Source: Pyrinomonadaceae bacterium (GTDB lineage Bacteria > Acidobacteriota > Blastocatellia > Pyrinomonadales > Pyrinomonadaceae). Taken from it: a stretch of 64,000 nucleotides of DNA. The notes beneath the pieces are model-generated. The model did not search any database. It worked only from the letters and a program-made list of their open reading frames with translations, and had not been told where the DNA came from. This document shows, piece after piece, positions 45,328-54,973 of this stretch; position 1 is the first letter of the stretch, and every line of letters begins with the position of its first letter. Location of the stretch: positions 20,111 to 84,110 of the forward strand of contig JBDSLC010000193.1 in assembly GCA_039916585.1 (NCBI GenBank). Direction: 5' to 3'. Both the position numbers and the translations under genes were made by a program.

Positions 45328-45903
45328 TCAACCGACCGCGTACCAGGACCTCGCCATCTTCTCGATCTGAAATTTCATCATCTCCGATCTGCCACTCGCC
45401 TGATTCATGAAGTTCTTGGCAAGCGAATTTTCATGGTGGACATCGGCGGCGTGCCCCATCTCGTGGATCAGGTCCATCTTGTCCAGATTCGCGTTCGGCG
45501 AGATGATACAGAGCGGCGTCGTGATCGGCATTCCCTGAGGCGTAATCCCGATCCCCGGATGCTTAAACTGTCCGAATACGACCGTGAGATAGGTCGAGAA
45601 TGTAACTTTGGAAGCGATCAGACTCCGGGCCGAAACCACGAGAGCTTTGTAGCTCTCCCTGTTCACGGCGTCGTCGTAGGAATCGTGCGGAACCGGTTCC
45701 GGATACTCGAGGGTGTTCCCCGAGTATTTGATTCCGCCTTGCGGCCATACCTCGAGCTGGAGATTGTGGCTATCGAGGATTGTCTGTGCCTGTGCGACCT
45801 CCCCTTGATCGTCACCTTTAAAGTAGTTCGTCAAATAGACGCAAGCGATGTTCAGCTTGGTCCGCTTAGGATTCTTAAATGTTGTGCTTTTCTCTGCGTC
45901 CAT
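45328..45903 (-). CDS. Small zincin/metzincin-like metallopeptidase-motif protein with no signal peptide
   Basis: LIHEMGHAADVHH fits HExxHxxxxxH, that is, the metzincin pattern with Asp in place of the usual Gly. The opposite-strand ORF 45319-45927 is Arg-rich and was judged spurious. Confidence 0.55.
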   Translation of the reverse strand: MDAEKSTTFKNPKRTKLNIACVYLTNYFKGDDQGEVAQAQTILDSHNLQLEVWPQGGIKYSGNTLEYPEPVPHDSYDDAVNRESYKALVVSARSLIASKVTFSTYLTVVFGQFKHPGIGITPQGMPITTPLCIISPNANLDKMDLIHEMGHAADVHHENSLAKNFMNQASGRSEMMKFQIEKMARSWYAVG

Positions 45904-46145
45904 GATCGTGGTTGGTCCTTTCTATGATTACGTAAGATTAGTCGATACATTACCGACAGCGTATGAACGCTTTTACGACAGGGGATTGCCGGGAATATGG
46001 GTAGCTAAATTCGATTGATTTGTTAGTGTTTTCTGCTTGAGGGCACTGAGAGAATAGCTCTTCCCCCGGTATGCTACCCGCACGGGTAGCCACTACACGT
46101 TCGTTTCGAGAATTTGTTTTGTGTAGAGTTTAATTGTTAGAAATA

Positions 46146-46580
46146 ATGAATGCTAAAGAATTGTTGAGATCGGCGAGGGTGTCAGTGGCTCCCGAAACTT
46201 ACTCCTTGATTGGTATGTCCCGGGATCAGCTCCTTAACCTTCTCACGGATAATTCGCTGAGTCCGCGAATGTCTGCGCCGTTCATGATCTTTATGGACCC
46301 GCATGAGGTTACGCTGATCCTGGACGAGATCGATCTCCGAAATATGCGGCCGGGATTAGGAGATGCAAAGGTGGATAACGGCTATCGGATGCTGACCTTC
46401 GATGTTGTCTTGAATCCTTCCCTAGTTGGATTTATTGCGGAAGTTTCGCGGATACTTGCGGCCGCGGGCGTTGCTATTCTGGCGTTGTCGGCGTATTCGC
46501 GCGACAGTTTGCTGATCAAGCAGGATGATCTCGCTACGGCTTTGAGAGCCTTAGGTCCATTCGTGGATGAGGTGTGCTAG
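46146..46580 (+). CDS. ACT-domain-like small protein (hypothetical)
   Basis: The ~144-aa product has a C-terminal segment (VGFIAEVSRILAAAGVAILALSAYSRDSLLIK) that resembles an ACT ligand-binding fold. The call is by pattern only. Confidence 0.45.
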   Translation: MNAKELLRSARVSVAPETYSLIGMSRDQLLNLLTDNSLSPRMSAPFMIFMDPHEVTLILDEIDLRNMRPGLGDAKVDNGYRMLTFDVVLNPSLVGFIAEVSRILAAAGVAILALSAYSRDSLLIKQDDLATALRALGPFVDEVC

Positions 46581-46615
46581 TTCGAACCGCGCTTAACCCA
46601 AAGTGCCACGCAACT

Positions 46616-47212
46616 TCAATGATCCGAACTTCCTCCCCTCTGACAATTCGAGAATGCAAGATCGCCTGCTTCCCCTACGTTGTTTAGAAGAGCCACGAGA
46701 TCAGTGGGCAGGTTATCGAATCGAAATAACTTTATCGTTTGATCGACCGCCTTTCCGTCGCTGGCGCGCCAGGTAAAGTTAACGCTGCCAAACGGTGCAA
46801 GAGAGTTGGGCAGAGGCCCGTAGTTGTCCTTCCAAATATTTCGATCGAATGTTCGCATTGAGTTGCGCACGGCCCGCATTTCTTCATCGGTAAATTTGTC
46901 CTGGCACCAGCCGCTGTCGTTGGCTAATTGGCTATACTGAATCACTCTTCGGCGGAAGACGCGTCCGTCCGACTGGACCAATATGCGGGTGTTATTGGGG
47001 GTCGCCGAGGCAGAACCATTGATCACACTGGAGTGATAATACTGATCTATTACCCAGGCACCCTTGCCTTCAGGCAAACCTGCCGCGTCCGGCAATTCAG
47101 CTATCTGAGCGTTTATCGAGGCTAAACTACCCGTGCAAACCAGAAAGAGCTTGATAAGAGACACCCCGGCAACCCGGAGTGTCTGATACAACCATCTGAT
47201 AGGAACTCGCAT
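46616..47212 (-). CDS. Hypothetical secreted protein
   Basis: The ATG at 47212 gives a signal-peptide-like N-terminus (VAGVSLIKLFLVCTGSLASINAQ). No recognisable motif was found. Confidence 0.5.
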   Translation of the reverse strand: MRVPIRWLYQTLRVAGVSLIKLFLVCTGSLASINAQIAELPDAAGLPEGKGAWVIDQYYHSSVINGSASATPNNTRILVQSDGRVFRRRVIQYSQLANDSGWCQDKFTDEEMRAVRNSMRTFDRNIWKDNYGPLPNSLAPFGSVNFTWRASDGKAVDQTIKLFRFDNLPTDLVALLNNVGEAGDLAFSNCQRGGSSDH

Positions 47213-47286
47213 TGATCCTTCCTCCAGCTTTTTGTTCGGGCCATCATTACAGTGCACTTCGCCGCCGTCATTCTCGTGCGATTGCC

Positions 47287-47763
47287 TTACTTTGGCAGGG
47301 ACCCAAACGCCGCATCGCCATCCATTCTGACCTTGTACGAACCCGGGATATTTTCGTCGCCAACGATCGCGATCTTAGCCACGAGCTTTTGGCGCTTTTT
47401 GACCTGATAGCGGCCGACAAAGCGAATTCCTTTTGGGGTCGTAAAGTATGAGAATTCGGACTGCCCGTTCTTGTCGTCAAGGTTTCTGAGCCCGCGTCCA
47501 TACGAATCTGTCACCTGCGCCGTGACATTTTGAACAACGTCATCGACTTTGAAATCGAACATCACGATAACCTCGCCAGGCCCCGCCTCAAATCCGAAAT
47601 AGTAAGCGACACCGGCGCCAGCCGGCCACCTGCCTTTAGCCTCGTTTGATGTCATTACCGTAGGTTTATCCGGATCAGATGATTGTGCGATGGCGAATCC
47701 GGCGCACAGTGTGAACGATATGACGATGGTTGCCGCGAAAGTCTGGAATGTATGTGATCTCAT
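47287..47763 (-). CDS. Hypothetical secreted protein
   Basis: The ATG at 47763 gives the signal peptide FAATIVISFTLCAGFAIA/QS. The mature part looks beta-rich and has no recognisable motif. Confidence 0.5.
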   Translation of the reverse strand: MRSHTFQTFAATIVISFTLCAGFAIAQSSDPDKPTVMTSNEAKGRWPAGAGVAYYFGFEAGPGEVIVMFDFKVDDVVQNVTAQVTDSYGRGLRNLDDKNGQSEFSYFTTPKGIRFVGRYQVKKRQKLVAKIAIVGDENIPGSYKVRMDGDAAFGSLPK

Positions 47764-47993
47764 TTTGTAGCCTCCAGCAATTAAGCTATCCAATTTATTG
47801 ACCGTTACGTAGCGAGATTTTGCTGATGCGATTGAAACTAAAATTTGATAAACGAACCACTCACCAAGGTTTGCAGATGTCAGTCAACTGGGAGGAAATG
47901 CGTTACACTCTTAGCGGAATACACACGAAAAAGGTGGAATTGAATCGATAAGGACCAAAAATCTTGGTTCCTGATATAGAACGGTCAATTGGT

Positions 47994-48764
47994 ATGTTCT
48001 GGAAAAACAAAGCGATTTTCCTTACGGGGGCCTCCAGCGGAATCGGTGAAGCGTTAGCAGTAGCGTTGGCTTCGCGTGGGGCGGTGCTGGGGCTGGTTGC
48101 CAGGCGGCAGGAGATGCTGAAGGGTCTAGCATCCCGCTGTGAGAAGGCGGGGGGAAAGGCAAAGGTATTGGCGGCGGATGTGACGGATGCCGCAGCGATC
48201 TCAGAGGCTGCGAATAGTTTTCGAAAGGAATTCGGGAAGATCGATATCCTGATCGCAAATGCAGGAATTGGCGGGAATGACGACAAAACTCGAGGCTACG
48301 ATCCGGAGTCGGTGAAGAAGGTAGTCGACATCAATCTTTTGGGTGCTGTTAACGCTATTTATGCGGTTGTTCCGGATATGATCGAACGGGGATCGGGGCA
48401 ACTCGTCGCCATTTCGAGCCTCGCGGGTTTTCGAGGATTGCCGAAGTCTGCGGCGTATTCGGCGAGTAAGGCGGGGATGACGGCATTCTTTGAGAGCGTT
48501 AGGCTAGACGTTGCCAATAAGGGAGTTTCGGTCACCATAATTCAGCCCGGGTTCATCCGCACGCCTCTTACGTCGGGCCGAGCGAACAAAATGCCGTTCT
48601 TGATGGAACTGGACGACGCGATCCCGCACTTCGTAAATGCGATCGAGAAGCGAAAGCGATTCGCGGCGTTTCCATGGCAATTGGCGACATTCGTTAGAGC
48701 CGGAAAATTTATGCCGGCGTGGCTATACGATCGCATTGCGAGTCGTGCCCGATACCGCGAATAG
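47994..48764 (+). CDS. Short-chain dehydrogenase/reductase (SDR) family oxidoreductase
   Basis: The cofactor motif TGASSGIGEA, the motif NAGIG and the catalytic YSASK are present. Confidence 0.9.
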   Translation: MFWKNKAIFLTGASSGIGEALAVALASRGAVLGLVARRQEMLKGLASRCEKAGGKAKVLAADVTDAAAISEAANSFRKEFGKIDILIANAGIGGNDDKTRGYDPESVKKVVDINLLGAVNAIYAVVPDMIERGSGQLVAISSLAGFRGLPKSAAYSASKAGMTAFFESVRLDVANKGVSVTIIQPGFIRTPLTSGRANKMPFLMELDDAIPHFVNAIEKRKRFAAFPWQLATFVRAGKFMPAWLYDRIASRARYRE

Positions 48765-48815
48765 TGATATTCTCCTATATGCTCACGCAATCCCCTCGAC
48801 TGTAACTGCCCTTAT

Positions 48816-49706
48816 ATGAATCTTTTACAGGCAATAATTCTAGGAATAGTTCAAGGACTGACGGAGTTTATTCCGATCAGCTCGACGGCCCATCTCGTGT
48901 TCGCCAGTCGGTGGACCGGTATTTACGATGGCGATGCTCATCAGATAACGGCGACGATGGCGGTGATCCAGTTGGGGACGCTGGCGGCAGTTTTTGTATA
49001 TTTTGCTGCGGACATTTGGGCGATCTCTTCGGCGTTCGTTCGCGATCACTGGGCACTGCTCACCGGCGGACGTGGAATGAGGTTCTCGGGGGCCGACGGC
49101 GCTCGGCCGATCTGGCTCTCTAGCGAGTCGTGGTTAGGCTGGCTGATCATAATCGGATCGATCCCTATCGGGACCATCGGCCTCTTGTTGAAGGATTTCA
49201 TCGAGGGCGAGGGCACGAAGAACCTTTGGACTATCGCGACTATGCTGATCGTGATCGCCGTTTTTCTGCTGATCGCGGAGAAAGTTGGATCGCAGCGTAA
49301 GGACATAAAGCATCTCGGGATCTGGGATGCGATCGTCGTCGGATTCGCACAGGTGTTGGCGTTGATGCCCGGTGCAAGCCGTTCTGGCTCAACGATCATG
49401 GGCGGATTGTTTGCGGGACAAAAGCGTGAGACGGCTGCGAGATTCTCCTTCCTAATGTCGATCCCTGCGATATTGGCGAGCGGACTCCTGCAATTAAAGG
49501 AGGCGATCAAGATCCTGCCGGCGGATTCGTTCGTACCGCTCCTGGCGGGGACGATCGCTGCCGCCGTGGTCGGCTATTTGTCGATCTGGTTCCTGATCGC
49601 GTTTCTGCGAAAAAATTCGACGATGATCTTTATTGTTTACCGCATTATTCTAGGGACTGTTCTTCTGGTCCTACTGTGGCAGGGAGTTTTGAGTCCTCAC
49701 GCTTAG
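48816..49706 (+). CDS. uppP: Undecaprenyl-diphosphate phosphatase
   Basis: The BacA motifs GLTEFIPISSTAHL and PGASRSGSTI are present in a polytopic product. Confidence 0.93.
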   Translation: MNLLQAIILGIVQGLTEFIPISSTAHLVFASRWTGIYDGDAHQITATMAVIQLGTLAAVFVYFAADIWAISSAFVRDHWALLTGGRGMRFSGADGARPIWLSSESWLGWLIIIGSIPIGTIGLLLKDFIEGEGTKNLWTIATMLIVIAVFLLIAEKVGSQRKDIKHLGIWDAIVVGFAQVLALMPGASRSGSTIMGGLFAGQKRETAARFSFLMSIPAILASGLLQLKEAIKILPADSFVPLLAGTIAAAVVGYLSIWFLIAFLRKNSTMIFIVYRIILGTVLLVLLWQGVLSPHA

Positions 49707-49716
49707 CTGCAGAACT

Positions 49717-51447
49717 TTGGCTAACGCGCCGTACCTAAAAATGCAGAAACGCTGGGTAATAGCGAAACACGATCACAATGCGGCACGACAGTTTGCCGCG
49801 CAGGTCGGAGTGTCTACGCTTGCGGCGGCGTTGCTGCTTGCTCGGGGACACGACACAGCGGATAAGGCTCGCGAATTTCTCAATCCTTCTGTTGAGCACC
49901 TTCATGAGCCGAATCTATTAAAGGGAATGGCGGAGGCGGTCGAGCGGCTGCAAAGGGCGATCGACAATGGCGAAAAGGTATTGATCTGGGGTGATTACGA
50001 TGTGGACGGGACTACCGGTACTACCCTATTGAGACGGGTGATCAAGATCCTTGGCGGCATCAGTGCCTTTCATATTCCGCATAGATTTACGGAAGGGTAT
50101 GGTGTCAATATTCCAGCCCTCGAGGCGGCACAGGCCGATGGAGTGACGCTGGCGATCACCGTGGATTGCGGGATTCGGAGCTTTGAGCCGCTCGAATGGG
50201 CAATGGAAAACGGTCTGGACGTGATCGTTACTGATCACCATTTATCTGACGAGGCTCGGGGAAATCCGCCGGCGTATGCGGTAGTTAATCCGAACCAACC
50301 AGGTTGCCCGTATCCGGACAAACACCTTGCCGGGGTCGGGGTCGCATTCAAACTGGCCCATGCGCTGCTGCGCCAGAACGGGAAGGAACATCTGGTTCCG
50401 GCGTTCATGAAGATCGCGGCGATCGGGACGGTTGCGGACATAATGAAGCTCACTGGCGAGAATCGAGCGATCGTCGCGCTCGGACTTCGGGATCTGCCAA
50501 CGACAAAGAACTACGGTCTTAAGGCCTTGATGGAAGTCGCGGATTGCCGGTCCGATATGACGAGCTATCATATTGGCTTCCGGATCGCTCCGCGGATCAA
50601 TGCTGCAGGCAGAATGGATGCGGCGAAACAGGTTGTCGAGTTGTTCGAAACGGAGAGTTTTGACGAGGCTCGCACGATCGCCCAAATGTTAGACAGCCGA
50701 AATAAGGAGCGGCAGAAGGTGCAACAGGAGATCACCGAGAAAGCTCTGCTCGCGACTGAGAATCTCGCGGAAGCGAAGTTTATCGTTGTCTCTGGCGAAG
50801 GCTGGCATCGGGGCGTGATCGGACTGGCGGCGTCCAGGATCGCAGAGCGACTCCATCGGCCGACGATAGTTTTGTCCAGCGAAAACGGCACAGCCCACGG
50901 AAGTGCCCGAAGCATCGGAAACTTTCACCTGCTGGACGCCCTCGAACATTGCGGAGAGCTGATGGATCAATTTGGGGGGCACGCCGCGGCGGCCGGAATG
51001 AAACTTCCCACCGCGCGGATCGAAGATCTAATGAAGGCATTGGACGCCTATGCCGCGAACATTCTTTTAGAAGATGATCTTCTTCCTACCTTAAAGATCG
51101 ACGCGCGGTTGTCCGCCGAGAGTCTCGGGCCAAATATTTTGCAGGAACTCGACCGTTTCGAGCCGTTCGGGGCCGGAAATCCCAAACCCGTATTCGTCAC
51201 TGGCGGGCTGCGTGTGAAAGCCGAGCCACGAGTAATGAAGGAGAAACACCTGAAACTTTGGCTTGAAAGTGACGCAGGTAAACGATTTGAGGCTGTATGG
51301 TGGGATGGGGTCGACCGCTCAAAGGGGCAAACGCTGGATCCTGGTTCCCGCATCGAAGTAGCTTATACGACCGAAATGAACATCTGGCAGGGAACCCAAC
51401 GGCTTCAGCTTGTCGTGCAAGATCTAAGGGCAGATAATCAACCGTAG
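49717..51447 (+). CDS. recJ: Single-stranded-DNA-specific exonuclease RecJ
   Basis: The DHH motifs (GDYDVDGTTG, DCG, VTDHH) and a DHHA1 domain (GGHAAAAG) are present. An alternative ATG start lies at 49741. Confidence 0.93.
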   Translation: MANAPYLKMQKRWVIAKHDHNAARQFAAQVGVSTLAAALLLARGHDTADKAREFLNPSVEHLHEPNLLKGMAEAVERLQRAIDNGEKVLIWGDYDVDGTTGTTLLRRVIKILGGISAFHIPHRFTEGYGVNIPALEAAQADGVTLAITVDCGIRSFEPLEWAMENGLDVIVTDHHLSDEARGNPPAYAVVNPNQPGCPYPDKHLAGVGVAFKLAHALLRQNGKEHLVPAFMKIAAIGTVADIMKLTGENRAIVALGLRDLPTTKNYGLKALMEVADCRSDMTSYHIGFRIAPRINAAGRMDAAKQVVELFETESFDEARTIAQMLDSRNKERQKVQQEITEKALLATENLAEAKFIVVSGEGWHRGVIGLAASRIAERLHRPTIVLSSENGTAHGSARSIGNFHLLDALEHCGELMDQFGGHAAAAGMKLPTARIEDLMKALDAYAANILLEDDLLPTLKIDARLSAESLGPNILQELDRFEPFGAGNPKPVFVTGGLRVKAEPRVMKEKHLKLWLESDAGKRFEAVWWDGVDRSKGQTLDPGSRIEVAYTTEMNIWQGTQRLQLVVQDLRADNQP

Positions 51448-51449
51448 AA

Positions 51450-54071
51450 GTGGCAGAAACACGATCAGAAATAACGAAGGGATTAAGATTTCGTGCAAAC
51501 TTGCCGAAATACGTTCGATACGCCGCGGCAGGTGTCGCAGGTCTGGTCGTGCTAGCTCTGATCGTAGCGTTCTATCGCGGCAGCGGGAAGCCTGAATTTC
51601 GAATGACGAGCCTGCCGACCAATCTTTCCAAAGATGTGACCGCGGAGATAACCGGCTACGAACGAACAGAGTTTGACGGCGGAGTCGCCAAATATTTTGT
51701 AAAGGCAGATAAGGCGACGACATATTCAGATAATCATCAGGAGCTCGATAACGCCTATTTCGAGATATTCGATCAGGGCGGCAGCGGCACTTCGGACAAG
51801 ATCAATGCTCTCAAAGCCGTCTACATACCCGAGGAGAACAAAAACTTTTCGGCTTACCTTGCAGGAGCGGTAAAGATCGAAACCCGCGATCGCTTAAAAG
51901 TTCAGACCGAGCAGCTCACGTATAAGAAGGCGACTGACAACGCATTTGCCGAGGAGGCTGTTGCGTTTCAGCGAGACAATCTTTCGGGGACATCTTTTGG
52001 AGCCGAAGTAAAGATCGCGGAGAAGAAGGTTGAACTGCATCGAGACGTGAAGATCAGTCAGTTTGAGACAGACGGGCATACGGGAAATCCGGCCTCGACC
52101 CTTGCTGCTGGCAAGGCGTCGTACGACCAAGCAGCCGAGAAGATCCATTTGAACGACGGCGTGAAGATCCATTCGGTGACTAAAGAACCTGTTCGGACAA
52201 ATGATCTTTCGTCGGGGGATGCACTCGTCTCGTTGGCTGTCGTTGAAGGAACTAAACGGGAAGTGCTTTCGGCGGAAATGTTTCGCGATGTTGCTATCGA
52301 TTCGATCGAGAACGGTAAAGCTCCGACGAAGATCCGGGCCGGATACGGACTTTATGAGAGACCCGATCGATTCACCCTTCGCGATTCCGTGAATATAGTT
52401 ACCGCCGAGGATAAAACACCGACGACGATCAATTCGGCTCATGCCGTGTACGTGCAGAACACAGGCACCGCGGATCTAACGGGCGGTGCGGAGATTACCC
52501 AAGGAACGAATTACGCAAAGGGCGACGCCATATTCGCGGAACTTTACCCCTCGAATAAGCTGAAGAAGGCTTCGGTTCGTGGCAACGGATATATTAGGCA
52601 GATCGAAATTGATCGGACCATCGAAGTGTCTTCAGGCGAACTCGTTGCGAACCTTGCGGACGGTCAGACGATGACCTCTGCAACCGCCATATCTAATGCG
52701 TCAGCGGTTTTGACTCCTGCGAATGCGAACGAGTATTCGAAAGTGACGATGTCGACGCCCAAGCTGATCGCATTAAATTTTGCGGCGGGCGGCGTGCTCC
52801 AGCAGATGTCGACGGACGGCCGGACGACGATCCAATTAGACGTGCCCAACAATGCCCCCGATTCCGCCAATAAGCGTGTGACTGCCGACGCTATGAAGAC
52901 ATTTTTCGCCGCGGATGGGAAGAACATGCAGCGGGCAGAAGCGGTCGGGAATGCCGAGTTATTCATCGAGCCGCTGAAGGCACGTGCTGAAAATTATAAG
53001 ACCACGATCAACGCTCCGCGTTTCGATTGTGGGTTCTTCCCGACCGGTAATAACGCTAAGGATTGCACGGGTGGTAAGGGTACAAAGACCGTCCGCGTGC
53101 CAACGGTACCTTCGGATCAGAGAGGTAATCAGACACTGACTGCCGAAACACTGCATGCCGGATTTGCTGAAGGATCGCGGGATCTTCAGTCGCTGGACGC
53201 GACCGGGGATTCGAAATTTTCCGAGCTCGATCGTAACGGCATCGCCGATCAGATCTCGTTCACCAATTCAGACAAGGTAGTGCGGCTTCGCGGCGGCGAG
53301 CCGACAGTTTGGGATTCCCGTGCTCGTGCGAAAGCGAAGGAGATCGACTGGGATACGCTGAATCAGAAGTCGTTCCTGCGTACGGCTGTCAGCACCACCT
53401 ATTACAGCCAGAAATCGACGGGCGGAGCGACTCCCTTCGGACAGACCGACAGACCGGTATACGTGACGGCCGCCAATGCGGAGTTCGACCACAGGTCTGA
53501 GACGGCCGTTTACACCGGGAATGCTCGCGGTTGGCAAGATAAGAGCTATATCCGTGCGGCGAAATTTACGATCCGTCAGTCGTCGGGTCAGTTCGACGCG
53601 GATGGCGGGGTTCAGAGCCTTTTGTATGACGTAAAGCGGAAAGAGAACGGAAAGGAAACTTCGGTTCCGGTTTCAGCGTCCTCGGGATCGATGACTTATA
53701 CTCGGGATGCGAGATTGCTGCGATACGTCGATTCGGTCGATATTCGTCAGGCGTCCGACCGTATCACGGGAGGAAAGGCCGATGTTTATCTGGACGAAAG
53801 GAACGAGCTATCGAAAACTGAGGTAGAAAATAACGTTGTTATCACGCAGCCTAAACGTCGTGCAACCGGAGACTTTGCAAGTTACACTGCGGCGGGCGAA
53901 GTCGTTGTGCTTCGCGGAAATCCGGCAAAGGTTGAAGATGCCGAACAGGGTGCGTCCCAGGGTGCGCAGATGACGGTTTATTTGCGGGATAATCGGGTGA
54001 GCACGGAAGGCAGATCGACCCAGAATTCTGCAGGGAGAACCCGCTCGGTTTACAAGGTCAAGGAAAATTAG
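51450..54071 (+). CDS. Membrane-anchored LptC-like domain fused to multiple OstA/LptA-like beta-jellyroll repeats (873 aa)
   Basis: An N-terminal TM segment ([17 protein letters not shown]) is followed by recurring OstA_N-like strands. The C-terminus is LptA-like ([10 protein letters not shown]...[24 protein letters not shown]). The gene sits immediately upstream of lptB-rpoN. Confidence 0.7.
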   Translation: MAETRSEITKGLRFRANLPKYVRYAAAGVAGLVVLALIVAFYRGSGKPEFRMTSLPTNLSKDVTAEITGYERTEFDGGVAKYFVKADKATTYSDNHQELDNAYFEIFDQGGSGTSDKINALKAVYIPEENKNFSAYLAGAVKIETRDRLKVQTEQLTYKKATDNAFAEEAVAFQRDNLSGTSFGAEVKIAEKKVELHRDVKISQFETDGHTGNPASTLAAGKASYDQAAEKIHLNDGVKIHSVTKEPVRTNDLSSGDALVSLAVVEGTKREVLSAEMFRDVAIDSIENGKAPTKIRAGYGLYERPDRFTLRDSVNIVTAEDKTPTTINSAHAVYVQNTGTADLTGGAEITQGTNYAKGDAIFAELYPSNKLKKASVRGNGYIRQIEIDRTIEVSSGELVANLADGQTMTSATAISNASAVLTPANANEYSKVTMSTPKLIALNFAAGGVLQQMSTDGRTTIQLDVPNNAPDSANKRVTADAMKTFFAADGKNMQRAEAVGNAELFIEPLKARAENYKTTINAPRFDCGFFPTGNNAKDCTGGKGTKTVRVPTVPSDQRGNQTLTAETLHAGFAEGSRDLQSLDATGDSKFSELDRNGIADQISFTNSDKVVRLRGGEPTVWDSRARAKAKEIDWDTLNQKSFLRTAVSTTYYSQKSTGGATPFGQTDRPVYVTAANAEFDHRSETAVYTGNARGWQDKSYIRAAKFTIRQSSGQFDADGGVQSLLYDVKRKENGKETSVPVSASSGSMTYTRDARLLRYVDSVDIRQASDRITGGKADVYLDERNELSKTEVENNVVITQPKRRATGDFASYTAAGEVVVLRGNPAKVEDAEQGASQGAQMTVYLRDNRVSTEGRSTQNSAGRTRSVYKVKEN

Positions 54072-54084
54072 TTACATATTCTTG

Positions 54085-54864
54085 ATGCCTGATAGTCGTC
54101 AATCCCAATCGGCCACCAACGGCCACACTTCAAGCGGTTTCCGAAACAGTTTCGTTGCTGATGAGCTTCAGAAGACATACGGCCGGCGACGTGTCGTTGA
54201 CGGAGTAAGCATCTCCGTGAGCGAAGGTGAAGTTGTTGGATTGCTCGGATCGAACGGAGCCGGTAAGACTACGACGTTCTATATGATGGTGGGACTCGAG
54301 CCGACTGAGCACGGATCTATTCGTATCGGTGATTCGGATGTGACGAAGCTGCCGATGTATCTGCGAGCCAGGCTTGGCATCGGATATCTACCGCAAGAGG
54401 CTTCGATATTTCGCAAGCTGACCGCGGAACAAAATATTCTTGCCGTACTCGAAACTCGAAAGATCACCCGCCACGAACGTGTTGAGCGGCTCGAAGACCT
54501 ACTCGAAGAATTCGGTGTTGCTCATGTGCGCAAGACGCGGGGTGACAACCTCTCAGGAGGCGAGCGGCGAAGGGTGGAGATCGCGCGATGTCTGGCAAGC
54601 AATCCGAAGTTTATACTTCTCGATGAGCCGTTCGCCGGCATCGATCCGCTCGCCATCGACGATATCCGCGAGATCATAATTTACCTGAAGCAACGCGGCA
54701 TAGGTATCCTCATTACCGACCACAACGTCCGGGAGACTCTCGGCATTTGCGACCGAGCATACATCATGGCCGAAGGTAAAATTCTCCGCTCCGGTGATCC
54801 GCAGGCGCTCGTCGAAGACCCCGATGTTCGGCGCAACTATTTGGGTGAACGTTTCACGCTATGA
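54085..54864 (+). CDS. lptB: LPS export ABC transporter ATP-binding protein LptB
   Basis: Walker A ([12 protein letters not shown]), the ABC signature ([13 protein letters not shown]) and the synteny with rpoN support the call. Confidence 0.93.
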   Translation: MPDSRQSQSATNGHTSSGFRNSFVADELQKTYGRRRVVDGVSISVSEGEVVGLLGSNGAGKTTTFYMMVGLEPTEHGSIRIGDSDVTKLPMYLRARLGIGYLPQEASIFRKLTAEQNILAVLETRKITRHERVERLEDLLEEFGVAHVRKTRGDNLSGGERRRVEIARCLASNPKFILLDEPFAGIDPLAIDDIREIIIYLKQRGIGILITDHNVRETLGICDRAYIMAEGKILRSGDPQALVEDPDVRRNYLGERFTL

Positions 54865-54973
54865 TGTTGCAGGCGTTCACTTTGCCGTTGAAAAGAACTA
54901 TACTTGCTCCATACAAGGCAATTTTGATGCCTATCAAACTTTAATCGGACCTACTGCCCCCGTCTGACCAGAG

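Noticed and set aside
45319-45927. A 202-aa plus-strand ORF overlapping the metzincin-motif gene.
   Set aside because: The composition is Arg/His-rich and low in complexity, it has no motif, and it would run straight through the rnj terminator hairpin. The minus-strand ORF has an HExxH motif and a sensible stop next to the bidirectional terminator.
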